A DNA stretch of 63,866 bases, filler included, from Octopus bimaculoides (GCF_001194135.2; 6 parts of 5 records of this genome joined end to end with filler, not necessarily neighbours in it), one strand, 5' to 3'; shown: positions 1-14,144, numbered from the whole stretch's first letter. The notes: generated by a model from the letters alone, not told the origin. Program-made: numbers and translations.

Positions 1-57
<57 letters not shown>

Positions 58-120
58 GTCTATATATATAATGTATTCATATATATGTATCATGTGTGGA
101 TGTTGTGGCTGTAAAACCTG

Positions 121-1330
121 CACTGTTTACGCATTCGACTTGTTTGGGCACGCTCACACTAAAAAGCAATTTTAGAAAGACTTTTTTCTGTCTAAGGTCA
201 CCACAAATATTCCACATGTGGTTCTCATATTTGATGAGTCTTTGCAGCAGTTCCATTGATTCATAAGTCTCAATATGGCCAGTGGCATGTGCTATAGGCA
301 TTGAAAGTTTTTCATTGCCATTGTGCAGTAACACAGCTTTAAGAATAGCTTTACCAGAGTCAATGAACAGTCTCTATTCTTTTGGATCATAGCGAAAGCC
401 AATCCTTTCCATCAGGCCCCTGTTATCGTGGCAGAAACAGACGTTTTCCTCCTATAAATATGATGAAAACAGCAAATGGCGATGGCGGAATTGGGAAACT
501 TGGGTGTTTGGCTGGAGAAAATTCCAATCTTGAAGTCTGGAAACAAGCAACTCTGCCTTTTCTTTTGGCAATTTCAAATCGTGCACTGTGTTATTTAACT
601 CCGCTTGACTTCACATATGTGGGTAACTAGTTGCATCTGGAATATACACGCCTTCTTTCCTTATTTTTATATCACTAGCTGGATCTTCAGATGAACTGCT
701 GTCTGTTGTCGTTGCTGGTGGAACTGGTGATGGATTTTTTTCATCATGTGGTAGTGGATTTATTGCTGATTCGCAGTTTGGGTACGTGATTTTTGATTTG
801 TTTTTCTTTGTGAAACCAGCAATCTTTGTCAAATAAAAATGATAAACATTGAAGTGATTTTTTCGGTTCACGCTAAACCATGGAAACTGAGAACGGCATT
901 GCTTTTCTTTTGCCATTCATCCAAGTTATTAACATTGCATTGCGCTGTGCACAGCAAATATGTGGTCCCCAGTCGTTCTCTTGCTCTCCTACTTTGCAGT
1001 CAACATAATACTTGTAGGCAAGTTTAATCCTAGTTGTTATGTTTCTACGATGTGGCTCAGGTGTATATTGTTCACAGATATAGCAGAAATTGTCTGGTGA
1101 TTTATACAAGTACATCTATTGCATTTTAATTACCTTACAATATCTAAAAAAACGTAGAAAGTAATAATTACGATATACAAAATAAAACGAAATACACAGC
1201 GTATTACAAAACAAATGCTATAAAAACACACAAGTTACTACAACCTGTTATTTGTTTACCAGCAGAGGGCTTCAGCAACTGCTCTACTTGACTATCAAGT
1301 AGCGACTGACCGTTGGGCCATAACTCAGTG
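121..1330 (-). mobile_element. Degenerate, internally deleted DNA transposon; Chapaev3-like (CMC superfamily) transposase pseudogene
   Basis: Seen: frameshifted pieces KSPDNFCYIC..WGPHICC..WMNGKRKAMPFSVSMVWREPKNH..YPNCESAINPLPH, then DPKE*RLFIDSGKAILKAVLLHNGN..PIAHA..ETYESM..IKYENHMWNICGDL. Possible termini are CACTG at 121 and CAGTG at 1326-1330. The transposase origin is recognised from recall; the family label and exact ends are less certain. Confidence 0.7.
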
Positions 1331-1414
1331 TTGCCAATGCCACATCCATCGGTATTTACTAAATCGTTAGTATTTGTGTATATTTGGCAAACAAAAATTA
1401 CTTTAACTTTGAAA

Positions 1415-1628
1415 AGCGAGATGGCAGAATCGTTAGCACACCGGGTAAAATGCTTTGTGGCATTTCGTCCGTCTTTACGTTTTGGGTTGTTCAAATTCCG
1501 CCTAAGTCGACTTTGCCTTTCAATTTTTCGAGGTCGATAAAATAAGTACCAGTTGAGCACCGGGGTCGATGTAATCGACTTAAGCCCTCCCTCAAAACTG
1601 CTGGCCTTGTGGCAAAATCTGAAACCAA
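1415..1628 (+). mobile_element. tRNA-type SINE, family A (GGCGAGCTGGCAGAATCGTTAGC head)
   Basis: Seen: homologous to the copies at 13639, 14145, 22665, 39787 and 56763; A-box-like TGGCAGAATCG and B-box-like GTTCAAATTCC. Confidence 0.75.
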
Positions 1629-3051
1629 TATATCAAATCTAAATTATTGAAGTGTCTATGTAAAGGGATTAATAAATATGTCAACCCCAATAATTAAATA
1701 TATCAAGTAAAATTATTAAATATAAAATCTATAAAACTATTAATAATCAACAAATTAATAGAAATGTCAGAGAACGTGATAACTTTTTCCAGTTACATAA
1801 ATAATAAGTGTAACATATAAGACAAGTTGAAGACTCTCAATGATTTATCAAATTATGTATTTCATTACTCATCCATTGAATAATTTCAGCCTGACTATTA
1901 AACATGCGATATCGCTTCATGAAATATCACACTGTTTTAATTATTTTTTAGACCGATATTTTATATGCAATGATCGGATAAATTTAGCAAGAAAGAAAAT
2001 CTTAACGTAGCTTCTCGCAATACAAAAATAATCATCACCAAAGAAATAAATGGTCTCTAATAATATAGAAGGGAAATATTGAAAATTACAGTGCTAGTGT
2101 GTAGAAATGGAATCATACTATTGAATTATCGTTTATAGCTGATTCACGCTGTTATGAAGTATAGATGTCCAGCATTATTTTCATATCCGTTGTGTACATA
2201 ATGTTGATTTACGCAGCTTCTCAGGATAGCTGTTCGGTGCATTTTTACTGTATAACATCATACTTACATCTTTGAACAACTAGAAGCATCAAGATGTTAG
2301 CATTTTAATGCCCTCCATATGTCGTAAGAAATCCGTCTTGTTATTTATTTCTTCAGTACTTTTTACATCTCGGATACGATACGATGACAACATAACCAAT
2401 TTTCTCACGTTACATTATCCGTTAAGGTTGGGATTTTCTTCTTATAGCAAAAGATTATTTCTCATTCTATATCTATATACAAGCAGCTCTTTAAGATATG
2501 AAATGTTTTTTGAAGAAAAATATAACTATATAGTACATGCATAAATATTTGCATAATGAAAATAGCACTTTTCATAAATTAGCCAGACTATCTGATATAG
2601 CTGTTGGGTATTTGCTAGAATATGTAGAGCAACCTACTTAAATACTGATGGGTGTGGAATGATGCCAAGCAATACGCAGTTTTATTTACGTCTTATTATT
2701 GATGGTGGGGTTATAAACACTGTTTGTTACTAGCGACTGTATTACTCTTAGCTTTAGAATGAATCTGTTCCGGGTTGAAGAAAATACAATCAATTTGATT
2801 CTTTGAGTTCATTCTGTATCATCCAAATATTTTTAAAGAAAATATGATTTAATAAACCGTCATGATTGTTATTTTGCTACATTATAATGCAGCTCTACTC
2901 TGTGTGACTAAAGAAATTATCAGTTATGACTTACGATGGTTTATAACAATTAAAGACGTATTCAACTTTATCTATTTCCTTAAACTGAAACTCAGGCTCC
3001 ATGTAAAACAAACACCTTTCTCTAATCTCAACATACATATGTGTGTTGGCA

Positions 3052-3425
3052 CTCCGTCACTTACGACGTCGAGGGTTCCAGTTGATCCGATCAACGGAAC
3101 AGCCTGCTCGTGAAATTAACGTGCAAGTGCCTGAGCACCCCACAGACACGTGTACCCTTAATGTAGTTCTAGGGGATATTCAGTGTGACACAGTGTGACA
3201 AAGCGACCCTTTGAATTACAGGCACAACAGAAACAGGAAGTAAGAGTGAGAGAAAGTTGTGGTGGAAGAGTACAGCAGGGTTTGCCACCATCCCCTGCCG
3301 GAGCCTCGTGGAGCTTTAGGTGTTTTCGCTCAATAAACACTCACAACGCCCGGTCTGGGAATCGAAACCGCGATCCTATGACCGCGAGTCCGCTGCCCTA
3401 ACCACTGGGCTATTGCGCCTCCACT
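3052..3425 (-). mobile_element. tRNA-headed SINE, family D (full length)
   Basis: Seen: reverse complement of the 15796-16088 copy; head GGCGCAATAGCCCAGTGGTTAGG..GGTTTCGATTCCC with Pol III A/B-box-like motifs. Confidence 0.8.
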
Positions 3426-4739
3426 CAACATACATAAATTCATCTGTTTTATGCCAGCGAAACATCCGCACTCCACACTTCAGTTTCAGTTTCAAACACT
3501 CTCTATCCATTGTGAATTCAACTCGTATTTTACTCTCATTCGGACCAAATTCAAACCGTTTTCTTATCCATCATATACGAATGCAGCCTTCTATGTAATT
3601 CCAAGCTGAAGTTTCGCTCTGCAATCAAGTATTATAATATATGTTCCTTTCCCTTATTTATATCAGTAAAGTTGTATAGAAAGTAATACGATAGTGACTT
3701 TTTACGGTAAACGTTAAAAATAAATTTTTGATCAGAATTTCTCTCATAACACTTGAAGCCATCAACGTGTCAGCAATATACACGTTAATAGACCAATGGT
3801 CACTAGTTATTTTCAAAGAGATTTGATAGACTCGTTATTATACTTCTATTTGAGAAGTCCTCTAAAAAATAATCATACTCTGGCTTAAAAAGAATTACTT
3901 CGATTCAATTCCTCTTATCAGTGGTTTCAATAAAAACTGTTGCCTCTCATCAGCTCTTCTTCTTTTTTTTTGACATTTACGTCCTCTCCAAGAAACAACG
4001 AAAAGAAGACATAATATATCTATTCATGATTTTAAAGTTTTAAATATGTTTTATTTCATCTTTGTTGCTTAATTTTGTTAGGAAACATTTATTTCAATCG
4101 ATTTTCACAGTTTCGATCGAAGATACAGATTATCAAGGATTTCAGGAAAGCCTAATTTAAGTGACACACTCTTAAAAGGCTGATGCAAATCATATATCTT
4201 CATATATTTGTTTGTCGTTACCATTTTCTACGTTTCAATATTTCGATCGTCTTTACACAAAATATCTTATGAGATAAATGTCTCCGATTAAATTTTCCAC
4301 TTGAAATCTTCAAACAAAAGGTTATTCGGTGAAGATGTCATTTTATAATCTGAACATCAAAGTCTGACAAAAAGAACAATATCTTCAGCATAATTATCTA
4401 TTTCAAAGACGGTAGGAATGAGTTTGAAGTTTAGTTGCTGATTAGAGTACGTTGAGTTAATGTTTAGCAGTTTTTATACTCTCCTAAAGAGAGATCATTT
4501 ACCAGATTCGTACGGTCTGCTAGAGAAGCGCATCCTTTTCTCTCTCAAATCACGCATCAAACCTCTTCAAAAAGTAATGATACATTGAACAACGTAGTCC
4601 TAGATATAAAAAAAATGGTGAGATAGACACGTCTGAAATGCTTTCCCTCATAGGTCTGCTAGAAAAGAGCTGTCATGGGACTAAACAACAACAGCACAAA
4701 CTGTGGACTAGTAAACTATCATTAGGATACAAAAATAAC

Positions 4740-5000
4740 ACTCCAAAGTTTGCAATTTTCCGAATGGAAAGCTACAAGTGTCTATTCCATGATCCACTCT
4801 TTTCAACCTGTACCTAAATGAACTTTCCCCACACCTCAAAACACACATGTAGTCACATATCCAGATGATACCTAACTCACATTTTTCAGAAATTCTCTTA
4901 ACACATATATACCACAACTACAGCAAAGCTACAGCCATGAACTACAAGCCTGCCATCAAAACAACAGACTTAAGATAGTACTCACCAAAACCTCTGTCCC
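4740..5000 (+). mobile_element. Decayed non-LTR (LINE) reverse-transcriptase fragment
   Basis: Seen: PNGKLQVSIP*STLFNLYLNELSP, then after a frameshift HVVTYPDDT. Known: matches the RT motifs GVPQGSxLSPTLFNLY and YADD. The remnant may extend further on either side. Confidence 0.6.
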
Positions 5001-8000
5001 TTTTCTTACCAGTAACACAAGATAACATTAGATACAACCAACAATCGTGTTCAGTGATATAAACACCACACACGCAGAAAACGCACCAACTCCACAACAT
5101 TTATATCATATGTGGAAGGTATTGTGAAACCAAAACGGTATACAATCATACTGAGATCACATTGGCTAGCAGTGAAACAATAACAAAAGTGTTCAAGCAA
5201 TACATTAGATCCCTAATGGATTATATCAACCCTTTCGTGATTTTCAATTCTTCCATAACAAAACAACGAACTACTCAGAAAACAGAATATCCCACTTCGC
5301 TTTATGAGATATAGTACAAAGACAGACATAGATCATCTACAAACTGAAAGAAATTTAAAAGAAATAAAAGAGACCCCATGAACATGCAAGGGAGACAATT
5401 TGTTGTCCCAACCAATTTTAGTCTTCACAGTTCTCGTAGCTACACGAAAACTACCCTCCAACAATTTAGGTGCACGTACAGCAATTCAGAACATTACTAC
5501 CATCATAGTATCCTGAAAACCCTATGTCTCTCACTCAGCTTATACAAAGACGATAAAAAATTACAGTCACACAGAAGTAGCCGTTAAATCAATAATTCCA
5601 TTGGTTCTCAGAACTTGTGCATCTCTGATGTTAAGTGCAGAGGGACAGTATTAGTCACAATGTGACAGAAACCACTTTGTCCGCTTCTGCAGAAGCTGTT
5701 AGCTGAAACTTAAGACGTATAGAAATAGTCTGAACAGCACCGCCATAGTTGCATTTCAGAGGAGAGTGAAATGTAATTAGTAACTGGACAGAAGCATGGA
5801 ATGTATGGTACAACAGATCTGTGGGTTATACCTAGTTGTTTGGTCGATCATCTTCCTGCATTACCAGATATACCATTATTTCTTAAACTCTCTCGGACCT
5901 CTCTTTAGATCATGTTTTTCATCAGCGACTCGATTCCTGCGAAGTCAGTCAACTATGATACATTGAAAATTAAAGTTTAATAATCTTTATTGTATAATCA
6001 CAGACATAATTGTATAGAAGCCTCTAAAATGACTTGATTTATTAATATGATGGATGGGCCAGTTGGAAGTAATTTTTTACATCTGGTTCAATATTACTAA
6101 GAGGTATCTTCAAATCGACCCCTTCGACTTCTTGAAATCAGTCTGTCTTTCTAATTAAAGGCACCAAAACGGAATTAAATCCATGTTCGACCAAATGGGA
6201 CAATGAATTCGCCAATAGAATTTTGTTTAAAACGGCCCATAATTTAGGATGATTATTTGTAAACTGATGTTGCAACTAGAAATGATGACTTCAGCTCTTC
6301 TTAAATTTGAGTTTCAGCATGTCGTTGTTTTTTTTTTTATTATTATGATTATTCAATTAATTCTCCCTGTAACTGTATTTCTATTTCCTCAATACCTGAA
6401 AATGGGTTTAAAGCCATTCCGGAATTTCAAGGCTAGAATATCTGGAGAAGCCCTTAGGTAATATTGCAAAATGGTTACAGTGGGCCTATCATTGAGAGAA
6501 CTATTTCTAATTTTGTTTGCTGCTACCATCACAAAATATAGCATTTAATTAATGTTAATGTTTTAAAGTAAAGGTTAAGTCCTCTTTAATCTATTCCCGA
6601 CTGCAATGCCCTGCCATTGTAAATTACTGTTTTTATATTTCACAACGCTCTTCTTCCTTTCTCTCACTACATACATGCATACATACATACATACATACAT
6701 ACATACATGATATGATATATGTGATTTTTGTAAAGATGTGGTACAATAATACATTAGCAATACTTGCAGCTAATTTTCTTAATGACTCTTAATAGAATTT
6801 TAAAACAGAATTAAATGCAGAGCGTCATTATATTCGTGGCTCTGTAGTAAATAACGACGTGATATAGTTTCTTCTCTGTTGACCGCTTATCATTTTTACC
6901 TTTCATAATGTAAGCATTATACTACACGACTGAAAGTCTTAGAACGTAGCTTCCCGAAATAAGTTCTAATTCATATACACCAGAAACTATAACGAGTGCA
7001 ATAGTGTAAGAAGTAAGCTGGCGGCAAAGTATAACGCAGTGTAGTTTCAGTTCCTTCCTGGAATCATTTTACTTCATTCACACCTTTAAGTAACATTCAC
7101 AAAAACAAGAACAGTCCACTTTCCATTTCTGTCGGCTTCAAACAAAAACCACTGTCAAAACTAAACCACCAATATACATAAGAAATTACACCCATTTCCA
7201 TATCACTCTTGCTACTCCTTCTTGGTACTGGGTCAGCGAATTCACTTGATAAATCACTATTTTATGGAAATTCTTTCATTTTCACTTTATTTTTCATTGA
7301 CGCTATCTTTCCCAGTCATTCCAGTTATTTCTTTCCTTATCTATCTATCACTCTCCACTTCTGTCACTCTACTTATGACTGTCTATCACTTTCCTTCTCT
7401 CTTTCCCTTTCTCATTCCTTTATCCCATATCTCTATCTTTTCCCGTCTTTTCCATGTTTATTCTTTCTATTCTTTTTTTTCCTTAGCACTAGATCGTTAT
7501 TATTACTAACCCGACATCAAAAGCAGAGAATGTGTAAATTCTGTTGATGTTATCGCATCAACCGGACATTTGCGTTAAAAAAATCCCACACAAAACATAG
7601 ATAATATTTCAGGGTAGCCCCTTTTTCTCACTCTCTTACCTATCTAAATATTTATCAGGCACTATTTATTCTGTCGTCTTTTCTTTAACCCTCAGTACGG
7701 TGAGATCGTTAGAAGTTAATTCCTTTTCAAAGTTTCCCTCCTCAAACGCAACGCTATAAGAAGGTTGGGGGAGAAAAAAGTGAATAAATTCCGTGCCAAG
7801 CTAGTCGTTCTAGACCGCCCTTAAGACATTAACATGGTAATTGTGACTCTGATTTTAACCCAGGAGACCTTTACTCGACACATAAAAGTGATAGAATCTT
7901 CAGTAAGACACTGGATAGATTGAAACACTTGCCTGTTGTCTTTGTTTGCATGAACTATTTTTTTCTTTCTCGTGATTGATTTACAGTTTTTCTTATAATC

Positions 8001-9620
8001 TTGCCTTTAACAGTTTCTTTGACTTCTTTTCTTATTGTCTCATTTTCTTTTCTACCAGAAGTAAGCTCCCTGCTAAATGTGTGCGGTTTCCATTCCAATT
8101 GTAAGCCAGTTNNNNNNNNNNNNNNNNNNNNNNNNNNNNNNNNNNNNNNNNNNNNNNNNNNNNNNNNNNNNNNNNNNNNNNNNNNNNNNNNNNNNNNNNN
8201 NNNNNNNNNNNNNNNNNNNNNNNNNNNNNNNNNNNNNNNNNNNNNNNNNNNNNNNNNNNNNNNNNNNNNNNNNNNNNNNNNNNNNNNNNNNNNNNNNNNN
8301 NNNNNNNNNNNNNNNNNNNNNNNNNNNNNNNNNNNNNNNNNNNNNNNNNNNNNNNNNNNNNNNNNNNNNNNNNNNNNNNNNNNNNNNNNNNNNNNNNNNN
8401 NNNNNNNNNNNNNNNNNNNNNNNNNNNNNNNNNNNTTTGAGCACTTTGAATATTGAATCGTACTTATTTAGGTATTGAAAGGCTTCAGGCATCGCCACTT
8501 CCTTAATTTAATTCAACAAGAAATCATATTTCAATAGAATTGAAGCCATATTTGTTAGACCAAAAGTAGGCCGCTAGATCCAAATCGGAGCGAAAGTATT
8601 TTGTCAACAATTCAAAATTACCTAAATTACCATGGATTTCAATAATATAAACTTTAAAGTATAAGATAGGTTACCTTATTCAAGGATGCTAGCCTTCAAT
8701 GAACTAACTTTGATATCCGGTTTTCATTCCCAGTTTGAGTCAATACACCTTATTTACCTATTATATCTACGAGTCTACTTGGAGTCACATTAAGTTGCTA
8801 TGGAATGGACTATTACTACGTTGACTTTCCACTGACACATTATATAAAAAGAATATTTGAGCTGATACTCAAATAAATCCAGTGGATTAGGGGGCATTTT
8901 CTTTGACAATCTAAATATTACATCCGTTTCTATGGTGATGTGAAGCTAGAAATTTTGCAATGAACAAGTAAAAATCTTAAGCAAAATATTCGTAAACATT
9001 TTTCAACAAGATTTCAATTTAAAACAAACATTGTAAAATTTTGAAATATTTAATGCAATGAAAGACACCATCGGCGTGAAAAACAATAGTTAAACTAGTG
9101 TTAGCATATTTGATGAAGGTACCAGCAAAATTTAATTAGAAATACTTCAGCGGTAAAAGAAAAACAACAAAATTATGCTCATGTCTCTGTCATAGACCAC
9201 ACCAATGAAGCATAAACATGTTAAAGTGGGGCTGGTAAAACTAAGTTTATGTATAATATTGAAGGTGTGTGAGCGTGAAAAATTAACGTTTTTTTTTTTT
9301 TTATCAAATCATTGAAATTACTTAAATTCGCAAATTTGCAATCTGCTTGCAAAACAATTATCAAGTTACAGGTTTTTCATGCAGTGAAAATTAGGAATAA
9401 TTATATAGTGGTGTAAAGTGTACATTTATTGGATTTTTCATCAATACTTTATCTAACACGTTGATGTCTATGATTCGCAAAGGAGAATTAATAAGACAGA
9501 AACATACCCGGGGAATGTCTCTTTTTGCTGAAATGATTCAGTCATCTTTCTCAAATTACACCTTACTCTCTCAAGAAAAATAACACATTGACTGACTAAG
9601 TCCTGAATAAGTATACCCTA

Positions 9621-9624
<4 letters not shown>

Positions 9625-9674
<50 letters not shown>

Positions 9675-10170
9675 CCAAAATGGTCTAAACTTGAAAAACT
9701 CGAAATACCACTAGTCAGTTTGATCAGGGTTAACATGGAACTAAGCAACATCCTTGAATCATTTATTCAGGCTTAACAAATAATGATTAAAACGTATCTA
9801 AGATAGCAATATCTACTTCTGTTGTACTTTAATAACTAAAGTTAACGGCATTGTTTCGGTTACGATAGTATGCAAGCTTGGGACAGAGACCTTAAATAAA
9901 GCCCGTTCGACGTACAATACTCGTAATATTTATTCATATATTGTGGAACGGACTAGAGAAAGAGGGAGAGCTGGAAAGAGAGGAAAGAGAGAAAGAGAGA
10001 GGGGAAGAGAGAGAAAGAGAAAGAGGGAAAAGAACGAGAGAGAGGAAAGAGAATGAGAGAGAGAGAGGGAGGGAAGAGAAAGAGAGAGGGAAGAGAAAGA
10101 GAGAGGGAAAATAGAGGGAAAGAGAGAAAGAAAGAAAGAAAGAAAGAAAGGAAGAGATGGAAGAGAGAGT
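9625..10170. repeat. (CA)n tract at 9625-9670 and a polypurine (GA/GAAA) tract at about 9950-10170
   Basis: Seen directly; explains ORFs 9930-10193 and 10053-10286. Confidence 0.9.
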
Positions 10171-10879
10171 TCTGTCCCGGTTGTCACTTTCAATTCTTTT
10201 TAATTTCCAAAATTACATCAACATCAAAACCCAGAAAAGTGTTGACTATAAATAAATGCAGAGAGAGAGAGAGAGTGGGGAGATAGGCGATTATGATAAT
10301 AATAATCGCAAAAGAAAAATTAGAACCATATTTCGGGGGGAAATGGCAAATGTTGCGGGTAGAAAGGTATCCCAAAGAATGTAGATATCACATATGTAAT
10401 CTAAATTTAGAACATAATCATTAATTTTGGATCCGAAATTACAAGCATTTTAACGCAGACACTTATTGCTAAAGCTAAACATGTCAGCTATGATTCTAGT
10501 AGAAAAATGTACTGTAATAACCAATGATTATGATTACGTTTTCGGAAATGTGAGCTTTCACAATCATCTGTATTTTCTGTTTCTTTGAAATCTTTAGAGT
10601 CAGGTTTAAGTTTACGCCACTAAAAATATTTTCTAACGATTTGTTGAAATTAAGCCAAAGTATCTCTTTCTCTGTCTGCTCTAAATCTGAAATACAGATA
10701 CAAATTTGAAATACAGCAGACATACCTTGTATATTTCAAATTTAGAACTATAAACAAATATTCTTTTTTCAAATAACAGGTGACATAACTAAAATTATAA
10801 AATTCGAACTTGTCATTACTAAACGAGTTGTTTAGTATAAAAATCTCCCAAATAAAATGCGGCGTAGCTGAATTTATCT

Positions 10880-11076
10880 TTTGTCTTTTGCATGTTTCAA
10901 TCATTAGACTGCAGCCATGCTGAGGCACCACCTTGAATGAATCGACCCCGGTATTTATCTTTTAAGCCTGGTACTTATTCTATCGGGTCTTTTGCCGAAC
11001 CGCTAGGTTATGGGGACGCAAACATACCAGCACCGGTTCACAAGCGGTAGTGGGGAGATAAACACAGAAACAAAGG

Positions 11077-11144
<68 letters not shown>

Positions 11145-11300
11145 TACAACGTTCTTCTTTCAGTTTTCGTCTACCAAATCTGCTCACAAGGCTTTGGTCG
11201 GCCCGACGCTATAGTAGAAGACGCTTGCCCAAGGTGCCACGCAGTGAGACTGAACCCGGAACCATTAGGTTGGGAAGCAAGCTTTTTACCACACAGCTAC
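10880..11300. mobile_element. Composite of two abundant interspersed repeats (family B, GACTGCGGCCATGCTG..GCACCGCC..CGAACCGCTAAG; family C, CTTCTTTCAGTTTCCGTCTACCAAATCC..) joined by (CA)/(TA)n
   Basis: Seen: family B recurs at about 14735-14900, 18345-18545, 30370-30590, 33400-33580, 45050-45245 and 61790-62000. Family C recurs at about 15020-15110, 17615-17715 and 44860-45015. The same B+microsatellite+C layout occurs at 14735-15110 and, inverted, at 44860-45245. Confidence 0.75.
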
Positions 11301-11636
11301 CCCGGCCTAATCTCTCTCCATATAAAATTCTTTGTCTCTCTTTGTCTGTTTATCTGTCTGTCTGTCTGTTCCCTATGCATTCTCAGAGGGCTCGACCAAA
11401 TCAAATCAAATTTTATCATACCCCGTGAATGTCAACACGTATTTTTTATTTTCATTTGGATTAAAACAATATAATATTGGCACTGGTTCGGTATTACGTG
11501 TCAAAAGTGAAAGAATAGGATCTATATTGAAATATGATATAATATTGTTTCACTTTTATTCTTTCACTAAATGTTTCACTTTTATTGTAAACTCTCCACA
11601 AACAACTATAAAGCAAGGAGGATTGTAGAAAACCGA

Positions 11637-12410
11637 GAGTCTCAAGACAAGGGAGATGAGACTTTCTCAATATCAGCTAAGGCAGCTGCAGCACGTTAGA
11701 TGAAGTCTCAAGAGAAAAGGGAAATGAGACTTTCTCAAGATCAGCAAACGCATACTGCAGTACGTCAGCTGGGTTTCAATACAGAAGGGAGATGAGACTT
11801 TCCCAAGATCAGCAAATGCATGCTGCAGCACATGAAATGGAGTCTCAAGACAGAAGCGAGATAAGACTTTCTCAGCATCAGCAAAGGCAGCTGCAACACG
11901 TCAGATGGAGTCTCAATGCAGAAGGGGGATGAAACTTTGTCAAGATCAGCAAATACATCCTGTAGCACATCAAATAGAGTCCCAAGACAAGCGAGATGAT
12001 AGTTTCTCAAGATCAGCAAACGCATACTGTAGCATAGATGGAGTCTCAATACAGAAGGGACTTACCCAAATTTCCAAATGAAACTAATGGCATGCGCTGC
12101 TCAGGCGGTAGGTAAGATTGCCAGCACTACCAACTCCTCTTCAACCTCTTATAGATCTTCTGGAAGGCACCTCCATCCAGTCAATGGATTTTCTGAAGAA
12201 TATCAGACAATACAACTCTGCATTTTAAATGACACCGTTTGGTGTATCTAAGGAGATAGTTGAACGTGGATTTACGCCGACGTTCAAAGTTCAAGGGCAA
12301 GTCTATCACCTCATTGGTTCCCTGTTACCCACAAATGAACAACTACACTTCCTCCAAATTTACTTCGTGAACGATGTGGGACAACAAACCCGAAGGAGTT
12401 ATCAAAACTT
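11637..12410 (+). mobile_element. Helitron RepHel pseudogene fragment (N-terminal tandem repeats plus Helitron_like_N region)
   Basis: Seen: six full 64-69 bp tandem units starting at 11637, 11703, 11771, 11840, 11908 and 11977, and a partial unit at 12041. They are followed by FLKNIRQYNSAF*MTPFGVSKEIVERGFTPTFKVQGQVYHLIGSLLP..FLQIYF. Known: NIRxYNSAFxMTSFG..FKxQGQVYHxIGSLLP is a Helitron hallmark. Confidence 0.85.
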
Positions 12411-12639
12411 CAGACGATGGGTCGTGTTAGATGCAACGCCGACTGGCGCAAAGTAGAGTGTATCCATTGACAGCTTTTCCTTGCCTTCAAAAATCACATA
12501 TCCTCACCCCCAATTTCCCATGACAGGTTTGGGCCTGGAATACTCCAAACGGACGCATGACATGTCACTTAGTCGAATTAGCCCATCATTTACTCCACAA
12601 ATGTTTTGTCGTCAATACTGCACTTCCCCGTATCACCTT

Positions 12640-13140
12640 TTTCAACATCATCACCACCACCACCACCACCACCACCACCACCACCACCTCCACCATCATT
12701 ATCATCAGCATCATCAGCATCATCATCATCATCGTTTAACATCTACTTTCCAGGCTGGCATGGGTTGGATGGTTTGACTGAGAACTGACAAGCCAGAAGG
12801 CTGCACCAAGCTCCAATCCTATCTGGCAAGGTTTCTACAGCTGGATGCCAGCCACTCCGAGAATATAGTGGGTGCTTTTTACGTGACACCGGCACGGGGG
12901 CCAGTGAGGCAGCACTAGTATCGACCACGCTTGAATGGTGCTTTCTACATGCCACCGGCACGGGTGCTAGTAAGATGGCACTGGCATCGCCCACGACAAC
13001 GATTTCACTCGACTGAACAGGTCTTCTTAAGCACAGCATATTGCCTGACGAATGGAGGGTACTTTTAAATGGGCCGGTTATGCGACACTAGCATCGGTAA
13101 CGGCTACGATTTCACTTGGCTTGCTGTGTCTTCTCAAGCA
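12640..13140. repeat. (CAC/CAT)n tract followed by an interspersed repeat resembling a retroelement 3' end in reverse orientation
   Basis: Seen: trinucleotide tail at 12648-12733 and an internal direct repeat (TTTTACGTGACACCGGCACGG / TTCTACATGCCACCGGCACGG). A related piece occurs at about 60680-60715. Family assignment is from recall only. Confidence 0.5.
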
Positions 13141-13178
13141 CATAATTGTAATATATATACAAACTATGCCATTTTAAT

Positions 13179-13206
13179 CCCGAGCAACGCCGGGTATCTC
13201 TGCTAG
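13179..13206 (+). mobile_element. Helitron 3' terminus: GC-rich hairpin followed by CTAG
   Basis: Seen: CCCGAGCAACGCCGGG, then TATCTCTG, then CTAG (13203-13206). Known: a subterminal hairpin plus CTRR is the canonical Helitron 3' end. Confidence 0.65.
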
Positions 13207-13638
13207 CTTTTCATAAACATTAGTAGAAAACAAGGTGAAAATCTAGTCACTTATCAACCGCGAGAAAGTGAAGCTGTATAACTCTACAATGCCGGGTTAC
13301 AAGTAATAGAACCAACACTTTGTAACTCTTTCAACGATTACAAGTGTTTCAGGAAGATGTCTTCTGTAATAAGTTCAAATAGTTATATGATAATACTGCA
13401 GAGGGCCCACATCCTACACTCTTAAACGGTTACATATTTGAAACGGAGGAAAGAAACAACACCTGCTCGTAATAACAGTAATTAAAAATAGAAGTAAATA
13501 TCACTTTAGAACAAATATTTTAAGCACAGGATATATATAAATTCAGGGATACGATATTTAATAATAATAAAAAACACACACACAGCATGTCTACACGTAT
13601 TTGGTTAACATTATATTATATAGAGTCTGAACTAAATC

Positions 13639-13829
13639 GGAGAGCTGGCAGAATCGTTAGCACGCTGGACTAAATGTTAACCGGTATTTCGTCTGCCGCT
13701 ATTTCCTGAGATCAAATTCCGCCGAGGTCGACTTTGCCTCTTATCCTTTCGGGATCGATAAATTAAGTACTATTTGCGCACTGTGGTCAATCTAATCAAC
13801 TGGCCCCCCTCCCCTAGAGTAAAAAAGAA
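13639..13829 (+). mobile_element. SINE family A copy
   Basis: Seen: high similarity to the other family A copies. Confidence 0.8.
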
Positions 13830-14144
13830 CACATACATATATTTTTATATATTTAAAATTATGACTAAATAGCGCAATATAATTTAAATTATAGTTGAAT
13901 TCAAACGCTTTATTTAAAGAAATAAGTATATGTATGTATATTAAATGTTATTTTATGAAATCGAAAGCACCCTCAAAGAAAGGACTCAAGACAGGGTTGT
14001 GTGTTTGATTATCTATGCAGAATGTATAAACAGAAAGAAAAATAAATATTCAATTAAATAATTTGTAATATGCACTCACCATACACGCGTGCGCGCGCGA
14101 GCGAGCGTCGTTAAATGCGAAACTTGGACCCCCCATTTAAAATA

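Noticed and set aside
3905-3960. Minus-strand CTGATGA..GAAA as a hammerhead
   Set aside because: Stem II is poor and there is no complementary stem I.
6575-6640. QWQGIAVG peptide (minus strand) as another YWTD blade
   Set aside because: The match is only a few residues, the frame comes from a microsatellite and stops quickly, and there are no supporting splice sites.
12606-12788. Poly-Pro, poly-His and poly-Thr ORFs
   Set aside because: They are three frames of one (CAC/CAT)n tract at a repeat tail.
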